Source: Ramazzottius varieornatus
Taxonomy: Eukaryota > Animalia > Tardigrada
Reading direction: 5' to 3'
Length of the DNA stretch: 64,000 nt
NCBI GenBank assembly: GCA_001949185.1
Contig: BDGG01000017.1
Span: 186,001 to 250,000 of the forward strand
In this document: positions 31,648 to 44,910 of the stretch, piece after piece
Position numbering within the stretch: position 1 is the first letter of the stretch
Layout: each line of letters opens with the position of its first letter
Program-made: the position numbers and the translations under genes
The notes under the pieces: generated by a model
Database searches by the model: none
Told to the model about the DNA's origin: nothing
What the model saw: the letters and a program-made list of their open reading frames with translations, nothing else

Positions 31648-34600
31648 ATGTTCGACGCAACCGGAGGAGACGATGAAGCAAAAAGACTCCTTGCTAGGGC
31701 AGAAATGCTGTTCGACGAATTCCATTCCTCCTCTACGATCAACGAACGGAAAAGCGCCATTGAAGTACAGCTGAAGTCTCTACTGGGAGATGCGCGGCAC
31801 TGGAGAATATGGACTGACTGCCTGCTGCTCACGCGAAACCAATACGTTGTCTGGTTTTGCCTGAACTGCCTCAACGACTTCGTCAGCAACTTTTGGTCAA
31901 CATGGGCTTTGGAGGAGCAGAAGAACTACATCAAGCAGCGGTTGCTTTGGTACATGTCCACCAAGCATGTCTCGACATCGTTTCCGTCCTTCATCCTGAC
32001 CAAGCTACTCAAAGTCTTTGTGGACATTGGTCGGAATGACTGGCCGGAAAAGTACCCTGACTTCCTGTCTCACATCGAGAGCTTCGTCAAAGAGGCCGAA
32101 CTTCGAAGCACAGGTACGTCTACAAGCAGCAACTTCCTTCCGGGAGAAAAGCAAACGGAAACTATCGATAGGTGACTGGAAATCTCCAAAATAGTCAATT
32201 CACCACAGAAACTTTATCTAGCGACTGACGTCATGCAGCCTTCGGCACAATGCTGGCGTGCATTGTAACGTCATGGGCAGGTTGGACGAGGAAGTTTGCT
32301 TGACCGCGCAACGTCAGCCTCATGGAACTGTTTTAGCGTGTTTTATTTCTGTGGACAGTGTGCGCATAAAGCGCAGGTGCTCTTGGATGACCAGGTTGTT
32401 GTTTGGTAGGTTTACGAATGCTTCGTTTGGTTTCCGAGGAGTTCATCAGCTCGAGGACGGACATGTCACAGAGCCGGAAGAGCATTCTCAAGGCGAACCT
32501 CAGTCAGCGGATACCCACATGGATGGAGCTGGTCTACACCCTCATCCACCCGGTGGTCGAACTGGTCACCGTGTCTCCGGAGCAGATTTCGGCCAACAAA
32601 GACTTGGCTCTAGCTCTGCGAGACACTTCCGATGCTTTGCATGTGGGTTCTCTCTGGTAACTGTACGAACCACTTCCACAGTATCCATACGGGAGCTCGG
32701 CAAACAGACGCGCCAAGAAGAAAAAAAACATTCTTGGAGCGTCTTTTTTCCCAAGTGGCGCATATTCAGTGTTTTTAGCTGGAAGCGGTGCGCCACTTGG
32801 AAGAACGATCTTGTCGAGTTTGTTCGCCTAGCTGCCATTTAATGTCTGCAACGGAATTTCATGACTTCATCCAATCGTTTCTTGTTTCAGTTGCTGACGC
32901 ATGTCTTCTCCTGGCTACCCGGAAACATTCTGGTGCCTCGACCACTGCTGGATAGTCTCTTCAAACTAGCCAGCTGTCATCCTTCGGACGCAAGCCTGTC
33001 GGACTTGGCCACGTCCAGTTTGTCGACTGTGGCTGAACTGGCCGGAAGGTGAGAACTGTGTGAAGGATGTTTCTCTTTTCACAGGCAATTCAGAGTTCGC
33101 CATTTTTATACTTAATTGTAGAGCTTGTATGTCTCCGGATATGGAAAAGACGCTGTGGATCATTTACGAATTCGCCTATGTTCGACTAGACAGCGTCGCC
33201 GCTCAGCTCACAAATCAGGGTGCTTTGATATAGGATTTACTTCGAGAAAGGTTTAATTAAACTTCACTTCGGAATATTTTGTAGAAGAGATGTCGGACGA
33301 GAGCGATGCAGGTTTCGAGTACTACCAGCAGTTCGTGGAGCTGATCCGCTTCTTGATCATCAGCCACTTACAGCGCTTTGAACAGCACAAAGACTTTCCC
33401 ACCATGAACTTCCTGGAGAAGTTCTTCCGTTTAACGTTCAGCATACCAGTTCTGGACTTGTTCTTGAGCTGTGTGGACATCTGGAACGACTTCCTGGACA
33501 GGATACTGGCCTTGGCTTCGGCGCGCACTTCCGCTGCGCGACAAGTCATTATCCAGTCATACACGGCCCCCATTCTGGCCCTGGTTGACCATCTTCTCAT
33601 CCGCGTTCAATTTCAACATAACGGAGATCAAGTGAGTCCATTAGACGCATCGTATCGGATTCCATACTCGAAGTTGTTAGGGTTTCGTTACAGTTGGAAG
33701 AGCTATCATCGGACATCGCAAGTCAGACAGCCGGACTGACAGAACGCGAAGACTTCTTCCAGCGATGCGTCAACGTTGTCATAAAAGCTGGTAAATATCC
33801 ATCCGGGCGCACGCGTTTTCAAGTGGCGCACACTCTCAGCCAGTAACACCGAACACGTGCACCACTTGGAAAGACGATCTTGCAGAGGTTGTCAGCCCTG
33901 AGTTTTCGTTGAAATTTACGGTTAATTCTACTGGTGATTGACATTTCTCTTTGTTAGGCGAAATTCTGCCAGCGGAAGTTTTGGAGAAATTATCACAAAG
34001 ACAATCTGATCTGCAACAGGGATACCAACAACTCCATTGTCTAGTTCACGTAGGTACGTATTGGCAATCTTGTGGGAAGCCTTCGTTCCAAGGATTAGCA
34101 CATCTTTTTCTAAAGGTACAAACGGCTTGACGTTGAGGGAGACAAACGCTGAGAGGAATAGGGAAGCGCACTGCATGCTGCAGGACCTTGGCATCATCAC
34201 GCGAACCCTGGCCACGCACTGTGGCTTACTGACGGGCGACCTGTTTCTGACATTCTTCGAAAAAGTTTCGGCCTTCCTTCAGTACCTTTTAGGGGTAAGA
34301 AAGGTGCTTCTCTCTAGAGAAGCTTAATCGGGACAGTTTCATGACGAGGTTTTGGATATTTTTACAGACCTTGGAGGTGCTGACGGCAGCATTACTCTTC
34401 ACCAACCATCATGTGGCGGTTGTCAATAACCAAATAGAAGACGACTACCGACACTTCTTAACTTGCGCCTATCAGTCGGTATGCTTCAGGCTTCTAAACT
34501 CAAATATTTTTTGTTCACATTTGCTTCTGGGACAATCTCCGTATTTTGCGCACCTGCTTACAACCTGCATACAACTGGTCCTACTCTTAACACAGCAGCC

Positions 34601-36935
34601 CGTATGCAGGCAGGGCGGGAGATGTCGCCTGTGTTTCGTGAACCTGCATCCGACTACTGGTATTTTCACTACAGTGACTCGTATGCAGGTCTACGAGGGA
34701 ATGGAAGTTTCTGCCCGACCGCTCATTTCTCTTCGAGAAGTCCGATCAAGTTTAATATTTTCAGGTCGAGGGTATCTTTCCGTGGATAGTTCAGTTTTAC
34801 CACCAAGAAACCAACGACAACAACCAGAACACTGCCATCCTGTCCACCCTGACGAAACTGACGACCACGGCACTTCGGCCCGTCATGCGCCAGCCCTGCC
34901 ACGCCGTCATGCTGGCCAGTACCAAGGTCCTCTGCACCATCACCAAGACCATTCGCTCTAGCGAGATATCCAACATGCCCGCTGTGGCTGACCTGTACGA
35001 TCGGCTAACGGACCCTTCCGCCAACGGTTTGGCTGCCTTCACACGTCTTCCCCTGCCCATCCAGATCAACCTGGCTTCCGCCCTGTCTAATATCCTGACG
35101 CTGCCGCATAGCAGTCGAGGACATGTGACTCTGGCCGAAGAAAACAAGAACTGGGATGAAAGAGCGGCAAAGCATGGACAGTTGATGGTGGCTTTGACCA
35201 GGAGGGTGGATAGTCTACCGGAGAGGCTGAATGACCAAGCAAGTATACCAAAACAAGAATTTTTTTCCAGCGAGTTGGGCACCTGCATACATGTGTACAA
35301 TGCTAAACCATGGTACGAGTACTGTGTTTCCTGGCGCACGAATCGGAAATCCATCATGAACCTACGTACTCGACTAACGTGGTGAACGTGCTGCGGCATG
35401 CATGCAGGCAGAGAACACATCACAATTTTCTGTGCCGATCTGCCTGACCTTCGTCTGGTCTGTTATTGCAGGACATGGAGGTTTTGAAGAGTACTTTAGC
35501 TTTGGTTGATGGTCTTTTGCTGAACATAAGTGAGGACCCCAAGAAAAGCAAGCAGATCATGCTGGCTTCCTTGACGCCTTTTCTAACCACCCTGGCTGGT
35601 CGGCCAGAAAGGACACAGATACTGCAGACCGTCTACAATGTCTTCAGCTCTTTGAAGAGTGCTTTCCCACCAGAACTGACCTCTCCGCTGTCCGATCTCT
35701 TCGAGAAACTCTTTGAACAGTTCCTCGACCCGGAAGAACTGCTGAGAGCGCTGAGAAGCAACGACCCAAGCGAGGTAATATATCGGGAAGAAAAAAAAAT
35801 CGATTCAAAGAAAGTTTTAAAAATACTGTCTCAAAAAGTTTGCAGTGAACGTCTGGATGTCTTTTGTAGGTGGAATCGCTGGGAACGTGCTTTGACTTGT
35901 TGAAGTTGGTCGTTAGCGATCCATCGTACAAGTCATACTTGCCGATGGTCATCATGCTCTGTCACATTGTCTGTCCAGCGCTGAACACCGTCACCGAAAT
36001 TCGAGTCGACTTCCGAACAGCTTCCTATGAACTACTGCTCAGTGTCCTGGTCCATCATTGGACCTACTTCTTCAAGAGTGTCCGAATGGTGGCCGCCACC
36101 AACGGTGATGGTATCGAAACTACCACGGTAAGTTTTCTCTGTCGACATTAGATCCAGGCAAACAAACTGAACGATATGGTTTTTGCAAGTGGCGCACAGC
36201 TCAAGCAAATAACACCTGAAGCGTGCGCCACTTGGCAGAACCATCTTGCCGAGTTTGCCTTGCCGTGATGATGATCCTTTGGATACCTTAATGAGAAGCG
36301 TTGTAATTGTTGAGTTTCCTTTGTAGGAGGAACAAAGCGAGGCGAAAGACTTCCTGGTGATCATGCAGTGTCTGGGTGGCGCTCTACTTCAACCTGAAAT
36401 TTCCGCGACCCAAGTAGTCCTTGAAGGCTCGAACCAACTGCACCGCACTCGTCAGATTTTCGACAAGGCTCCCTTCCAGCAAGCCTTACGCGCCGACTTC
36501 CTCAATGCACTCTTGCGGCTGCTGGTCCACAAGGAAAAGCAGCTTTTAAGCGACGACATGCATTTGGCGGTTAGTATTCCCGTATAGCACTCTAAGATAG
36601 AAACCATGGCGGACCTTACAGGCTGTCCATCGTGAAGAACCCTCATTTCTATTTGAGCGTATCTTACGTTCGAAGTCTGACTGTTTTTTCGACCGTAGGT
36701 ATACAACATCGCCAGCAGTGACTTCTCCTATTTCCGTGGCCAGTATCTAACAAGCCTTCTTGGTCAGTGGTTAGGCGGGAGTGATCCGGTCTGGCAGAGA
36801 AGAGTGCTGGACGGATTCGTTGAGAATGAAGACCAGAATGGCTTCATCGAGCAGCTTCAAAACCTGGTGGTCGAAGTACGCTGCTATCTGTTGTATAGAG
36901 CTAATTTAGTCTCCACTTCGTCGTTTCCTCTTTAG
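31648..36935 (+). CDS. XPO6: Exportin-6 (nuclear actin/profilin export receptor), multi-exon
   Basis: EF..STINERKSAIE..L, TRNQYVVWF, FILTKL.KVFVDIGRNDWP..YPDF, HLQRFEQHKDFP..NFL, C-terminal DQNGFIEQLQNLVVEVRCY; stop TAG at 36933-36935. Confidence 0.92.
32691..32833. repeat. Family A dyad element, XPO6 intron
   Basis: gggagctcggcaaacag...caagtggcgcat-24-gtgcgccacttg...atcttgtcgagtttgttcgcc. Confidence 0.85.
33812..33890. repeat. Family A dyad, XPO6 intron
   Basis: caagtggcgcac-25-gtgcaccacttg. Confidence 0.85.
34563..34690. repeat. Family B dyad, 2 units, XPO6 intron
   Basis: acctgcatac-29-gtatgcaggc at 34563; acctgcatcc-29-gtatgcaggt at 34642. Confidence 0.75.
36157..36263. repeat. Family A dyad, XPO6 intron
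   Basis: caagtggcgcac-25-gtgcgccacttg with ggcaaacaaact / agtttgcc flanks. Confidence 0.85.
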
Positions 36936-37571
36936 CTATCTATGAGCAGGGACCTGAGAATGGTCGGATGTTTTCCACGGTGATGTGTCGGACAAGAAAT
37001 ATGATCTGTCTGAGTTTTACACAGCCAGGTGAGCTTTTCTAACTTTTTCTGGTTTTGAACTGAAGTACAGTAGTTTCCGGGGTGCCTTTTTTTGATTGTG
37101 AAACTAACTTTCATGTTGAGTTGGGCTTGGGTGAGTCAAAGTTAGAACAAAAAGCGACAGATGAGTTTTGGTGGAACATCATACGTCAGTCAAATGTATC
37201 ATCCTCTTCTCTGCCGCAAGCGTAATTGCAGAAAAGTTGGCATCTTAGCCGACAACGCGTTAAGTGAGCAGTTGTGGCAGAGGCTGTGGTCTACTTTTTA
37301 CCGCAGCGGAATACTTCAAGCAAGCTGTTCACCCCTGCGGCCATTTTGTCTTTTTTTCCATAATTGCCTTGACATTCAACTTTTCAATCGTAATTAAACG
37401 TGCGACAATCACCATTACGCTCGAGTTGATACGAAAAATTAGTGTGCCTTCTGGGGGGAGAATCTGACTCCAAAGAATCTGCAAAAGAATCTTTTGTCGT
37501 CTTCCCATGAGGCTAGACGTCTCCGCTGTGGTCCGTATATTCTTGTGGGACGGTAGACTATATCTATAGAC

Positions 37572-37875
37572 ATGGAAGGAGTTTTGGCCAGTGTCGACGT
37601 CGACCAGACTGGCGAACATGGCGGTAGCCGAGCCGAGCTTTTCGCGTCACAGCAGCCGCTCCAGCTGGGCCGAGCTCAACTGCCGCTCGCCTCAACCATC
37701 CTTGGACGCTCAAGCGCCATTTTCTTCTCGTTTGGCCACCTTGGTCTCACAGAACCAATGAAGCACCGATCACTAGAAGGATTATGTCGGATCGGTGGTC
37801 CAACAGGGCGATAACAGTCGGCTGGTTACCATCAATCTGTCGGGTAGGAACTAGGAAGTTCCAGGCCAAACGGGA
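37572..37875 (+). pseudogene. Truncated, frameshifted copy of Kv channel exon 1
   Basis: [23 protein letters not shown] is near-identical to the start at 39654; accatcaatctgtcgggtaggaactaggaagttccaggccaaac matches 39933-39970. Confidence 0.8.
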
Positions 37876-38094
37876 CAATTGCGCAAAGTCTAGAAAGTGT
37901 CACTTGCGGCACCATAACGGCCTCCAAGCTGTCTTGAACGAGGTTCTAGTTGCTGGAAAGGGCAGTGGATTGAAGATGTGACCTACCGCACAAAGAATGC
38001 ATGTTGGCCACCGAGTCCACTCGTTCCAAGTTGATGGGAGCTACCACAAGGACCAACCACGGCCGCTGGAAACCTTGTCACGACAATTATCAAC

Positions 38095-38490
38095 GATACC
38101 TTCGATAACGTCGATGTATGACCTCTTTTCTGAACCCTAACCGCCGGGATCGTTTCAATCCCAGGGCTCAATTGTTCTGATTTTTTCTTGTCACATTGTT
38201 TCCTCAAATTATCTGAGAGAATGGCTGCAAGTGACCCTGGTGTACCAGTTATCATGCAGCGACCAGCTGTGTCCCGCAAGGCCCACTGCTGTCGGCTCCT
38301 CTTTTGTCCTGGACCTTACCAACAGTGTGGTCGAATGCCAATTCCTGGGAATACGCATCTTCGCAGACGACCTCAGGCTCTACAGGACATTCTGAAGACA
38401 TGAGGATGAAGTGCCATTCCAGCAAGATCGGCAGGCAGTCTACCTGCAGTGCTGTCGTCGCAAGCCAAGCTGACCTTCAACAAGTCAAAA
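38095..38490 (+). mobile_element. Decayed LINE (CR1/L2-like) reverse transcriptase fragment
   Basis: Broken frames give FDNVD, VPQG, RIFADDLRLY..., FQQD, KLTFNKSK in RT domain order. Confidence 0.7.
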
Positions 38491-39653
38491 TCCGTCTGAC
38501 AACGGGAGCGGCTTCCAGTGGTAGAAAATAAGATTTGTACGAACGTTGCTGGATATGTATAATGCGTTCATTTCCACCGACCATAATCTTACACAAATTT
38601 AATGGAGAGCCCGACCAGTGAAGGCCTCTTCCCGCGGCTCGCCGTTGTGGGTTCAGCAAGTAGAATTCAGACTTCGGTACTGCCGTTGAAGCTTTCTTGC
38701 TGCTGTCTGTTTTAAAAATACGTTCTGTAGTACTTGAGCTGGGATATTTTTGTCGAGTCGTGGACGGCAGCAGAGACTTTGTCCGGTTGTTTTTCGACGT
38801 CGATCGAATCGAACGCACACTCAATACAAAACACGGCGTTCCGGTGCAGCAGGCCTCACAACTGTTCGTCGTTTTCAAGAATCAACCTTCTTAGTTGAAA
38901 TTAACTTCCAAGCAAAAGTGACTTCGGGTAAGTCGGAATGTACGGAACAATGAAACGGCAGGTGGCAGTTCTGGTAAAAAGCGACGCCTCGCTGAGCCGT
39001 CCCATCTGGAAAGTTTTGGCTGGTAATTACAGTGGACCGGCGAAGCTAAAATAAGCGGTTTTAGTCGCGGCTGAAGTGTGCTGTGCGTCCGAATGATTTA
39101 TTGAGGTTGAGCCGCGGCTAAGAAAGGTTAGACGGCTTACGTTATTTTAGCTTAGCCGAGCCTTCTAAACTCGTAATCACAAGTGCGGAATTTAAAAACG
39201 TCTTTTCTTTCCGAAAGATCAAAGATTGCGGTCGACTTTTCAGCGCTGAAAAAGATGATGCTGCATGCAGAGTATGGCGCTGATGAGGGAAAACAATTCT
39301 CAGCAGACGGCAACTGCCTGTGGCCATCTTGTTTTTCGTTTTTCCACCATCGACCTGAAATTCAAGTTTCGATCGAGACCTCACAAATCACGATAAGCCT
39401 GATCGAGCGTGAGACGGCTATCATACGAGAGAGTGCTTCGGCACACGTTTTCGTCCACATGTACGAACTTCTGTTATCTGCTCCTTTGTTACCAGCCTAT
39501 GTTTTGTCAGCCTAGTTTATGGATGCAACAGAGTGGACAAAGGATTTGTTTCGTTCTCTTTTGTGATGAGGCTGGGTGCGCTGTTGGTATCGTCCGGTAT
39601 ACTGGAGGAACGTTTGACCATTTGAACAGCGTTGCAAGTAGCACTGAACGAGC

Positions 39654-42353
39654 ATGGAAGGAGTTTTGGCCAGCGTCAACGTCGACAAGACTGGCGCAGT
39701 TGGCGGTAGCCGAGCAGAGTTATCGCGTCGTAGTAGCCGCTCCAGCTTGGCCGGCTTGGTCTTGAGTCACTCCAACCGTTCGCGCCAACCATCCTCGACT
39801 GCCTTAGCATCTGCTCCTTCTCGTCTGGCTACCTTGATGTCGCAGATCGACCACGAAAATGAGCGGCAGTCTGCTTATGACCAGGAAGGGTCGATGCTGC
39901 GACTGGGCGGTAGTGCTAATAATTGGCGGGCGACCATCAACGTATCGGGTAGGAAGTTCGAGGCCAAACTGGATACCCTGTCGGGATATCCTGGCACGCT
40001 GCTGGGAAATGCCTTGACCAGACAGCCTTACTATGATCCTCAAAGGTACACTACTCGCTACCATGTTCCCTTGTGCCTACAGTATTCGTATCTTACCTAA
40101 CTTTGCGTCTCTTTCTAAAGGGATGAATATTTTTTCGAACGGAATCGCGAATGCTTCGAGTGCATCTTGGCCTTTTATCAGAGCGGACTGTTGCGGCGTC
40201 CTTCCCACATGCCCATCGGTAACCTACCTTTCCCGGGCATGAGTCCCATATTATTTTGAGAGTTTCATTGGGCTTAGTTTCCACAGACACGTTCGTGCAG
40301 GAAGTCAAGTTTTTCCATTTGCCCAACGAAGCCTTCCTGCAGTTCTGTAGAGACGAAGGGTACGAACAGCAAGAGCCCGAGCCGGAACCGAAACATCCAC
40401 TACAACGACGCATTTGGCAGTTGGTACGATAAACACCCTGAACAATTCCTGAGAACTGCGATCGGCCCACACGAGCAGATTCCAGCAGGTTGTTTCTCCA
40501 AGTGGCGCACGCTTCGAGCTAATACTACTGATAACGTCAGCCATTTGGAAAAATGATCTTTCGAGTTTGTTTCCTGAGTGGCGCAAGCTCTCAGTTAATG
40601 ACACGGACAACCGGCGCCACTTGACGAGACAGTCCAGCTTGACCAGGTGCTGAAGTGGCGCAGGCCTTCGGTTAGGAACACAGGAAGCGTGCGCCAAAAC
40701 CGTTGTCTTGAGTTTGTTTGCCGAGCTCCTAACTTACAGTACACATCCATTGATGGCTGCTTTTGGGTTCTCTAGGTTGAAGTGCCACACAGTTCGTCCG
40801 CAGCCAAGCTGTTCGCTATCTTTAGCATGCTGGTCATTATTCTGTCCATCATCACGTTCTGCCTGGAAACCATTCCTGACTTGGAAACTGCACTGCATCC
40901 GGCAACGCTGGTGGAGACGGGGGTAGGGGTTGCCGACAACAACACAGTTAACGGAGCACCGTACACGCGACGAGGCACTCAGGTCTTCAACGACCCGCTC
41001 TTCATCCTAGAAACCGTCTGCATAGCCTGGTTCACCTTGGAGTTCTTCGTTCGCTTGGCTGTCTCACCGGACAAGAAGCGCTTTTTCAAGTCCTTCCTCA
41101 ATATCATTGACCTGGTCGCCATCATACCGTAAGACCGCATAACGCATGTCTGGGAGCTCGGCCAGATCGCTTTTTTAAGTGGCGCATACATCTGGTCAAT
41201 ATCAGTGAAAATGTGAGTTACTTGGGAAAACCGGTTTAGACCACTGGTTGAGCTTTTCTGCTGAACTCCCATTTGTGTTTTCCCTGCGAAGTGCCTTACG
41301 TTTCGAGAAACGAGAACTCGTTCGTCGGAGGTGACTCGCCCGAACAGGGCCGGAGATAAGCGAGATGTCTGCCAGTCATTATTTTATCATTTTGAACTGA
41401 AGGCAGTATCTTGAGTGCACTATCCTGATCCCGCCTCTTTACTAGGTCTGCGCAACGTGAATGTTTACACTATGCAGGTACTACGTCGATCTGGGTGTCA
41501 TCATCTGGGGAGGTGAAAAACACAGCGCCAGCTCGCTGGTGGTCCTTCGAGCCCTGCGTCTATTGCGAGTTTTTCGTATCTTCAAGATATCGCGCCATTC
41601 TCGTGGTTTGCAAATTCTGGGCAAAACCTTTGCCACATCATTTTACGAAATGGGTATTCAACCCATTAATCACAGCCATTTTGGAAAACGAGCCCGCTAC
41701 CCAGTTGTAATGTCATCTTCGTAGGGTTGCTCTTGCTCTTCCTGGGTATCGGTGTGATCCTCTTCAGCAGCGCCATCTATTACGCCGAACTCAGCCAGCC
41801 GGCCACCCACTTTGCCAGTATTCCAGAAGGTTTTTGGTGGGCTCTTGTTACCAGTAAGTCTCATTCTAGTTGATAGGTGACAGTCGACGAAACTCAACGA
41901 AGTGTCATTGATACTCATTACGTGCTTTGGTAATTGGCAGTGACGACAGTTGGGTACGGTACAGTGGTACCATTGGGCATCCTCGGCAAACTCATCGGTT
42001 GTACCTGTGCCGTCTCCGGTCTTCTATTCATCGCTCTTCCCGTACCGGTTATTGTCTCCAACTTCAACACCATCTATACCAGTACCCTCCTGCAGTTTTC
42101 AATACTGAAAAATGCAGAAGTCGTTGGCTGCTTTTGTAAAAGTGTTTTTGGCCTCGTAGGAGACAAGGAGCGACCATTCTTGGACGAACTCTTTCGAGAA
42201 GCTCTGGACGCCAACCGATCGCTCAGCATCGATCAAACGCCCCAAAGACCGACCACTGTCGCATATGATGACCACGTTGACGCTTACAATCCTAATAACC
42301 GGTATACCACTGGGTTTTACCCTGATCACCCCGAACGGCAGACTATGCTGTAA
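39654..42353 (+). CDS. Shaker-family voltage-gated K+ channel alpha subunit (Kv1-like, divergent), multi-exon
   Basis: T1 (INVSGRKFE...YPGTLLG...EYFFERNR), S1-S3, S4 [18 protein letters not shown], pore [21 protein letters not shown]6 [13 protein letters not shown]-terminal -QTML. Confidence 0.92.
40470..40730. repeat. Family A dyad array (3 units), Kv intron
   Basis: Three agtggcgca arms ~77 bp apart; ends gagtttgtttgccgagctcc. Confidence 0.85.
41150..41240. repeat. Family A element (diverged), Kv intron
   Basis: tgggagctcggccagatcgctttt-taagtggcgcat...ttacttgggaaaa. Confidence 0.65.
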
Positions 42354-42568
42354 AAGGCTAGGCCATCGTACCGACTTTGTAATTCTAAGATGCCAAGCGG
42401 TGTTATACAGTACGGTATGCACACGCTCCATAGTCAAGGTTTTGCTCATGCATTGTTCACCAAAATCTTTATGGGATGAGTTTCGGGCTTGCAGCCTCGA
42501 TAGTTGACCCGTGCCTAGCTTTTGTACTATAAAGTGTATGGTCAGTCGTTTGTTAGAAAGTATACATC

Positions 42569-42635
42569 AGCTGCTGAACATGGCCTTGCTGAATTAATTG
42601 ACAATCAACTCAGCAAGGCCATGTTCAGAAGCTCA
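42569..42635. repeat. Short palindromic repeat (second copy at ~16490-16555)
   Basis: gctgctgaacatggccttgctga...tcagcaaggccatgttcagaagc forms a hairpin; similar sequence at 16490. Confidence 0.65.
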
Positions 42636-43120
42636 TGTATTGTCTGCCCGAACGACTGCATGCTTCGTTTTTTTGCATACTATACGACAGGTGGAAGCAA
42701 ACGTGCAGCTGTTTCACAGTTTAGCCAACAGACGAGACTGTCGGAAGGAAAGGGGAACATAGCATTGTAACTTGATGGCCTAAAGTCAGGAGAAGTGGGT
42801 TCGTCAAGGAGGCATAGGAAGAGCTTGCATAACAAAGATTACAAGTGAGATGGCAAGCGAGTTCGTACACAGTGCGCGTTTTTTCCACTTTGACGGTTAT
42901 GGCGGCAGCCGCGCTACGTGCCACAATGGTAAGGAAAAAATGGTGACACAGTTGGTCGAGGTCTAATCTATCCTCACCACACGTACACGCGAAATACCGA
43001 ATACCAAATACGAAATACCGAGGCAGCACATTCGGGTGCTCAGTGGAGTTAGTTCAGTTTCGGACATCCTAGCTCTGTTACCAACGCAAGTTTTGAATCA
43101 GTCTACTGCAGCTTCTTAAG

Positions 43121-44371
43121 ATGGGCTGGACAGCGGCCCTTTTGATCCGCTTGGGGGTTGTGGCCCTTGGACTGAGCATGGTTGAGGGCAGGACCTGGTG
43201 CACCAATAAAGTGTACATTGACGGTTGTCCCAGCAGTGCCATGAACGTCAAAGTGCAGGGAATTCCATAGGGGGAGAGCTGGGAGGATAACTGTGCTTCC
43301 TGTGGTCAGACATTCCAAAGTACTGGCATGCTAAGCACGGTATGGCTATAGTGGCAACGCTGTTTGCACTGACCGTCACATACAGTTATTACAGTATTTT
43401 ACAGTGCAATATTCGTACTCAAGCACAGATATTGAAAGGTTTAACGTTGTTGTTGCAGGGATGGTCCTGCGAGAAAGACTTTTTTGCGACAGGGATCTGG
43501 CTGAAGGGATGCGGGGTCATACCGTCTCTGAACCGCTGCCCGCAGCAGTGGTGCGGTGATCGAATCTACATCCGCGGCTCTGCCAGTAACTACATGGACG
43601 AGCAAGTGTGGGGAATGCAATCTGCCCGAAGTTGGAACGACTGGATTTATGGCTGTGCTGCTTGTGGTCAAGCCTTTCAACACGCTAACTCCTTGTCCCC
43701 GATAAGGGTTCCGCCTTGATGGTTTGTACCCTCAATCGTCGCATACTGTCAGGGTTCTCGGATACTGTCTGCTTTTGCCGGCCCTGTTGCTGTCCCCAAC
43801 TAACTTACATGCAGTAATGCTTCTCAGAAGTTTATATCAGTACGTTCCCTTGCTCGACGAGCGGAACTAAAGAGCTACCACAGCAGGCTGGGTTATCTGG
43901 CCTGTAACTCTCCAGAAGAGCCTGACCACGATGCAAGAGGAAGAAACAAGAAAACTGAATGTATTTGGTCACGTGCTATGCGATATCTCGCTTGAGGAGC
44001 TTTTTTCTCCCCGAACATGCCAGCTCATTCGAAAGAGCGCGTCGAGTTGAGTAAAATAGAACTGGTTTTTCGATGTTCCCAGAAATTACTTTTATTCCCG
44101 ACTTTCCTAGGAGGGTTTGAGGTAAATTACGTCACGCAAGCAAGCTTGTATACGTAAACTTGCTAACAGTACTGAATGCAAGCTTGATTGCGTGACGTAA
44201 TAAACCTTTCAGAAGCATGACCGTATGCCGCAGCTTGGAGTTAAGCGGCAACCGAATGTACAGTGACATGGTTATTTTAAAGGTTCCCTATTGCAGGGCT
44301 GGTACTGTGAGACTGACTTGTTATCGACAGGAATCTGGCTCAAAGGAAACCTGACTAAGACCTGTCAGTAA
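43121..44371 (+). pseudogene. Secreted Trp/Cys-rich two-repeat protein, copy 1 (disabled); 3 exons
   Basis: Signal-like N-terminus with frameshift; RTWCTNKVYIDGC...IP*GESWEDNCASCGQTFQ|GWSCEKD..TGIWLKGC...WCGDRIYIRG...SWNDW..CAACGQAFQ|GWYCETD..TGIWLKG; second donor mutated to ataagg. Confidence 0.65.
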
Positions 44372-44519
44372 CGAATGGACAGCGACCAACGAGCTATGGA
44401 CCGGTAAAAATAGCGCGCCAGTTTAAAGTACGCCCGTCGGAACGAATACAGCCAATATCACTTTCCTGTACAGTACAGTGAAGAGCTCAATGACGATAAG
44501 CCTATCTTTGATCATGGTG

Positions 44520-44910
44520 CTTTAACTTAGCAAATTTCCTGTCCATAATCTACCCTCTTCGCAACGAAAAATCTGAACGTTCGTCCATTTCTTTTGCAAC
44601 ATCTACCTTTGCTTTGAAAAGTGTTATGATTTGAAAGAGCGTAGCCAATGTCGTACAGTTCCCAGAGATGCTGGGAATCCCGGCTATATATGGGGACGTC
44701 TGAATCATCGTATACATACAGTCGTACTCCGCTCCGCAACAAGTCTTTCTTTTCTGCCAAGTACCTCGGCCATTGCCCGAGAAGGCTGACTGGAACAAGG
44801 AACGATCAAAGGTTTCTACCGGCGCCTCGCGTGTCTTTTCCGTCATACATCGGTCTCCCTGCTGTGTTCGGTAACTCGGACGACCGACGACTAAGACTTA
44901 CCTCAATGGA
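44520..44910 (-). pseudogene. Unidentified decayed coding segment, duplicated at ~48870-49450
   Basis: Shared blocks ccaatgtcgtacagtt, agaaggctg...acaaggaacg.tcaaaggttt and ttccgtcat; broken frames. Confidence 0.35.
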
